From a virus (taxonomy: Duplodnaviria > Caudoviricetes): DNA of 38,966 bases. The stretch lies in the IMG/VR virus record IMGVR_UViG_3300032231_000265, positions 1-38,966 of that record; one strand, 5' to 3'. The translations under genes and the position numbers were made by a program. The notes under the pieces were generated by a model. The model made no database searches and had not been told where the DNA came from. It was given only the letters and a program-made list of their open reading frames with translations. This document shows, one piece after another, positions 35,297-38,966 of this stretch (positions are counted from its first letter, which is position 1; the number at the start of each line of letters is the position of its first letter).

Positions 35297-35908
35297 ATGA
35301 CACCCAAGCAGCGAAAGTTCGCGGAGCTGTATGCTCAGTGCGGCAGCATCCAAGAAGCCGCTCGTGGTGCGGACTACTCAGACAAATACGCCAGCCAGAT
35401 GGCGCACAACCTGATGAAGAAGCCGGACGTTATCGCTGAGATAAAGCGCTTCAGGGAGAGGCTTAACCAGACAGCCGACAAGTCAGCCACGGACGTGGTG
35501 AATGAGTATGCCAAGATCGCATTCACCGATCGCGTGAGCTTCCTGAAAGAGGACCCGCACTATCCCGGTGAGTTCATCTACAAGTCACCTGATGAGCTGA
35601 CAGATGAGCAGCGAGCCATCGTGGAGAAGGTCACCTACAACATGCACGAGATCACCGTCATCGAGAATGGTGAGGTAGTGAAGCACTGGATTAAGAACTA
35701 CAGTTACGTGCTCGCAGAAAAAGCCAGCGCACTGCAACAGATGGGCAGGCACTTCGGCATCTTCGATGACAAACTCAAGCTCACAACTGGTGGGCAAAAT
35801 CCATTTAAGAACGCAACGCCAGAACAGCTGGCACAACTAAAGCAATCGTTCGTCGGCATCATGCACAACCCACCAGCTGAGGGCGAGTTCAAAGAGGTGA
35901 AGAAGTGA
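35297..35908 (+). CDS. terS: Terminase small subunit
   Basis: MTPKQRKFAELY, AARGADYS, LMKKPDV..EI, EYAKIAF, KASALQQMGRHFGIF. Confidence 0.9.
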   Translation: MTPKQRKFAELYAQCGSIQEAARGADYSDKYASQMAHNLMKKPDVIAEIKRFRERLNQTADKSATDVVNEYAKIAFTDRVSFLKEDPHYPGEFIYKSPDELTDEQRAIVEKVTYNMHEITVIENGEVVKHWIKNYSYVLAEKASALQQMGRHFGIFDDKLKLTTGGQNPFKNATPEQLAQLKQSFVGIMHNPPAEGEFKEVKK

Positions 35909-36153
35909 GACCAAGAACCGTATACCTGATGGTGAAGGACGCTGAGGGGCAGGAGGATGAGGCTGCGCTGGAGTGGGGTGTCAACTGGGACCTCGATGAG
36001 GGTGAGGTGCTACCGACCGATGTGGAGGAACTGAGTGAGGCTCAGTTCACGATCTTCCAGATGATGCAGATACTCAGGGGCACGTTCGAGGACGCTGGTG
36101 CCAAGGTCGTCATGGGTGAGGCTCCAAGCGGGATAATCACGCCTGATGGATAG
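35905..36153 (+). CDS. Acidic hypothetical protein
   Basis: GTGA overlap with terS. Confidence 0.6.
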   Translation: MRPRTVYLMVKDAEGQEDEAALEWGVNWDLDEGEVLPTDVEELSEAQFTIFQMMQILRGTFEDAGAKVVMGEAPSGIITPDG

Positions 36154-36445
36154 ATACGAAATAAACCTCGAATATCTGTGCCGAAACCAGAGATTTAAGC
36201 CAGCGGAAGTGATATCATCTGAGCTGGTAATACCAAAGGGCGCGGTGCCCAATTCAATGCTGTTGTGGATACGGATTGAGTTGACGAGTGGCGACCGCAA
36301 ATTTATCACGCTCCCGCTGGTAGATTTTTACAAGTACGTGGAGCTTCCAGAATCATCCATTGGTGGGTGGACAGATGGCGATCTGGGTAGCGATCTCAAT
36401 AACACGGCTCACATGAAGAAATATGGCGAAAGACAGGAAAGATAA
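36146..36445 (+). CDS. Hypothetical protein
   Basis: Overlapping tandem ORF, lower GC by eye. Confidence 0.55.
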   Translation: MDRYEINLEYLCRNQRFKPAEVISSELVIPKGAVPNSMLLWIRIELTSGDRKFITLPLVDFYKYVELPESSIGGWTDGDLGSDLNNTAHMKKYGERQER

Positions 36446-36680
36446 TGATGGTGATTACTGTCCTGATAATTGTCGATGTGCTCATGGCAAAGACGTAGAT
36501 AAGGAACAAGAAATCAACCTCGAATCCCGATATGTGAAGCCTATATCCAGATTCTTTGGATATGACAGTCCTCGATGGCTAGCATACGCAGAATGGTGGA
36601 TTCGAGTTAAGATATTTAGACAGCCTTCATACCTCATTGATCGATGGACGTTTATTGAAGAATATGAGAGTGATGATTAG
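36423..36680 (+). CDS. Hypothetical protein
   Basis: Tandem ORF, AT-rich by eye, CxxxCxC. Confidence 0.5.
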   Translation: MAKDRKDNDGDYCPDNCRCAHGKDVDKEQEINLESRYVKPISRFFGYDSPRWLAYAEWWIRVKIFRQPSYLIDRWTFIEEYESDD

Positions 36681-36706
36681 CCAACAACAGGGGAGATTCG
36701 GGGCTT

Positions 36707-36904
36707 ATGGCTATCGTAGATCAAATCACACAAGACTTAACGCCGGGAATGAAACTCACTATCAGTGGTGCGGCAAAAAGGTATCAGGTTAGTTACAGCA
36801 CAGCGCAGCGCGGCTTACGTGAATTGTGGAGGTATAAGTTTGTATCTCGCAACAAGGTTGGCAGGATGCTGGAGTACGAGGGAGTTCAAGAACGGCTGGT
36901 ATGA
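36707..36904 (+). CDS. Small winged-HTH (GntR-like) protein
   Basis: PGMKL.I..AAKRYQVSYSTAQRGLREL. Confidence 0.7.
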   Translation: MAIVDQITQDLTPGMKLTISGAAKRYQVSYSTAQRGLRELWRYKFVSRNKVGRMLEYEGVQERLV

Positions 36905-37041
36905 GCGAGATCACAATAACAATAAAACTGGATGTCAGCCCAGCGGTAGAGAAGCTCATCGACCAGCTGGCATCTGCACAGTATCAATACAACGAGGATT
37001 TTGATGATGACGACGAGGACGAAGCTGGCACTACAGATTAG
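36901..37041 (+). CDS. Small acidic protein (46 aa, not in ORF track)
   Basis: ATGA overlap; MSEITITIKLDVSP...DDDDEDEAGTTD. Confidence 0.45.
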   Translation: MSEITITIKLDVSPAVEKLIDQLASAQYQYNEDFDDDDEDEAGTTD

Positions 37042-38083
37042 TGCGATCATCGTACTATCGTGTGCCTTCGCCCTGATACCAGCATTCGCTGGTGGCGACG
37101 ATTGCAGGCAGGGACACAGACAGTGCGGTCACGATAACGGAGACGGTGGTGGAGACCAAACCCAAGGACAACAGCAAGGACAAGCCCAAGGGCAGCAACA
37201 AGGGCAAGGCCAGACGCAAAGCCAAACAGCTGAAGCAAGCGCAGCAGCGGCAGCAGCTGCCAACGCCACCTCCACGTCCACCGCAGATTCGACCGCGACC
37301 GCAAGTGGTGGCACTGGCGGTGAAGGGGGCGCTGGTGGACATGCGGAGAGCAACAGTGCTGTCGGAGATACGACAGCAACTGGAGGAAGCTCGGAAGCCA
37401 CAGGTGGAAGTGTCGGAGACATCAACGTCAACACCGGAAACAACATCCCAGCCAACACCACCCACAAGTCAGACATCCGAATAGAGAACACCCCGGACAG
37501 CGTGACGATCACACCGGGGTCAGGTGACAGGTGCAAGGCACACATCGGTGCGAACCTGTCGATCCCCGGACTGGGCACGGGGCTGACGATCCCACTACCC
37601 GGCAAAGAGTGCCGCAAGCTGAACTACTACGACCGCATGATCGCTATAGGCGACACGAACGCGGCTGAGATCATCTTCTGCTCACTCAAAGAGGTGAAGA
37701 CGGAGTTCAGGCAGCTGGACCTGCCGTGCCGTGACACGCTGTCGATCCATACTGAAGAGCCTGATCCCGATCTTACTGGTCAGGTGATTATCCCAGAGGA
37801 TGAGTACAACAGCCTACTGCTCGCTCAGGTGCAGCAGGAAGAGGTTGAGGAACTCGAAGACAAGTACATGGAGCAGCAGGCGCTCATTGATGACCTGAAG
37901 GAAGAGATAGCTGATCACGATCTTGAGCAGGAAGAGATAGACCAACTAAAGCGACAAGCGGCTGAGCTTTCCGCAGCACAACAGGCTCGTGAAAAAGAGA
38001 GAGCTGACTTCCGCGCCGCAGCTAAGGCCCGGTTAGCAGCACGTGAAGAGCAGGGGTCAGAAGAGGAAGACCCCAATGAGTGA
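37001..38083 (+). CDS. Secreted low-complexity / coiled-coil protein
   Basis: Signal peptide ending AFA; QGQQQG repeats; A/S/T/G tract; four-Cys domain; acidic coiled coil. Confidence 0.7.
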   Translation: MMMTTRTKLALQISAIIVLSCAFALIPAFAGGDDCRQGHRQCGHDNGDGGGDQTQGQQQGQAQGQQQGQGQTQSQTAEASAAAAAAANATSTSTADSTATASGGTGGEGGAGGHAESNSAVGDTTATGGSSEATGGSVGDINVNTGNNIPANTTHKSDIRIENTPDSVTITPGSGDRCKAHIGANLSIPGLGTGLTIPLPGKECRKLNYYDRMIAIGDTNAAEIIFCSLKEVKTEFRQLDLPCRDTLSIHTEEPDPDLTGQVIIPEDEYNSLLLAQVQQEEVEELEDKYMEQQALIDDLKEEIADHDLEQEEIDQLKRQAAELSAAQQAREKERADFRAAAKARLAAREEQGSEEEDPNE

Positions 38084-38366
38084 TGAAGAGGTGGCAGTAG
38101 ACAAGATCGCGGATGCAGTAAAGATGCTGATCCGTGGTTGGCCTATCTATGGCGCTGTGGTTGGTTTGCTGTGGGGCTATGGTGAGTTCTGGTTGGATGA
38201 CAAGATCGCTAAAGCCATCAAGACGCAGACGCTGGAGCAGCCTGCTGTGGTAACGCTGACTAACTCAGTGAATACCAACACACTGGCGATCGGTCGCGTG
38301 AGTGAACAGGTTGAAATTGTCGAAGAAGATACCAAGGCTATATTGAGAATAATGGCTAATGACTAA
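38076..38366 (+). CDS. Single-TM protein
   Basis: MSDEEV start; WPIYGAVVGLLWGYG. Confidence 0.6.
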   Translation: MSDEEVAVDKIADAVKMLIRGWPIYGAVVGLLWGYGEFWLDDKIAKAIKTQTLEQPAVVTLTNSVNTNTLAIGRVSEQVEIVEEDTKAILRIMAND

Positions 38367-38370
38367 ATAT

Positions 38371-38444
38371 GTCGCTGTAGCTCAACTGGTAGAGCAGCCG
38401 GATTTCAACCCGGATGGTACGGGTCGAGACCGTCAGCGACTCCA
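38371..38444 (+). tRNA. Atypical tRNA or tRNA-like gene (CCA encoded, anticodon indeterminate)
   Basis: GUCGCUG/CAGCGAC acceptor, canonical UAGCUCAACUGGUAGAGC D arm, CCGG/CCGG with 8-nt loop AUUUCAAC, 4-bp T stem with GUCGAGA loop, U-CCA. Confidence 0.7.
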
Positions 38445-38616
38445 GCGTCACGTCAGAACTGGAGCGCCTTAATCGTTTAGCTCCTGCGAAAAAAATATAG
38501 AACGGTCGGAAGGGTGAGAGGCCCAATGGTCAAGAAATATGGCAAGGCAGAGGCCATAAATTCTCTGCCACAAATTGAGGCAGCAATGATGCTGTCTCTG
38601 TCTGGAGACCACGATA

Positions 38617-38966
38617 ATGCAGAAGACGCATGTAGTAATGCTGCTTGATGAGAGCGGCTCAATGGGTGGACATCGCCAAGCGGTGGTGAGCACCTTCAAC
38701 AGCTATGTCGAAGAACTGAAGGGTGGGGCGAAGCGCTGCTTCCTGTCACTGTTTAAGTTCGACAGTAGCTTCACCAATGATGGCAGCATACTGAGAAAAG
38801 TATTCCAGAACCGCAAGGTGAAGGAGTGCTACCCACTCACTATGGAACAGTATCAACCGCGTGGCGGCACGCCGCTGTATGACGCGATTGGTATGCTGAT
38901 AAGGCAAACCAAGAAACGTCTACCTAAAGACGCTAAGGTGCTGTTCGTTGTTCACACTGATGGGCA
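38617..38966 (+). CDS. vWA (MIDAS) domain protein, 3'-partial (not in ORF track)
   Basis: VVMLLDESGSM...PRGGTPLYDAIG...VVHTDG; GGAG RBS. Confidence 0.88.
   Translation, partial: MQKTHVVMLLDESGSMGGHRQAVVSTFNSYVEELKGGAKRCFLSLFKFDSSFTNDGSILRKVFQNRKVKECYPLTMEQYQPRGGTPLYDAIGMLIRQTKKRLPKDAKVLFVVHTDG

Noticed and set aside
38371-38444. Opal suppressor implying TGA recoding of the genome
   Set aside because: TGA clearly serves as stop (several ATGA overlaps) and long genes are intact in the standard code.

Overview
A ~39 kb stretch of a tailed dsDNA phage or prophage, podovirus-like. Rz/Rz1 spanins and sigma70-type promoters imply a Gram-negative host. No integrase, portal, capsid or large terminase lies inside the window. 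Gene order: end of a LamG tail-fibre gene; GNAT plus two putative ejection proteins; a 4175-aa polyvalent protein (GGDEF-like cyclase, HExxH zincin, LPD38-like C-terminus); lysis cassette (M15 endolysin, holin candidates, spanins); a leftward block (SSB, RecT-like annealase, YqaJ exonuclease); a Ro60/TROVE gene; a Cro-like HTH; replication genes (short initiator, SF2 helicase, primase, nucleases); leftward early genes; then terS and accessory late genes. The most striking feature is the ~730-bp intergenic region upstream of Ro60 (25336-26067), a dense minus-strand ncRNA cluster. It holds one YrlA-type tRNA-mimic Y RNA, three short Y-like RNAs with the same covarying stem, a circularly permuted copy of that stem in a promoter/terminator-bounded sRNA, another permuted copy abutting the Ro60 RBS, and a CCA-ended tRNA mimic with no anticodon loop. 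A further multi-hairpin RNA lies just downstream of Ro60. All calls come from reading motifs and base-pairing by eye; no searches or folding programs were run.
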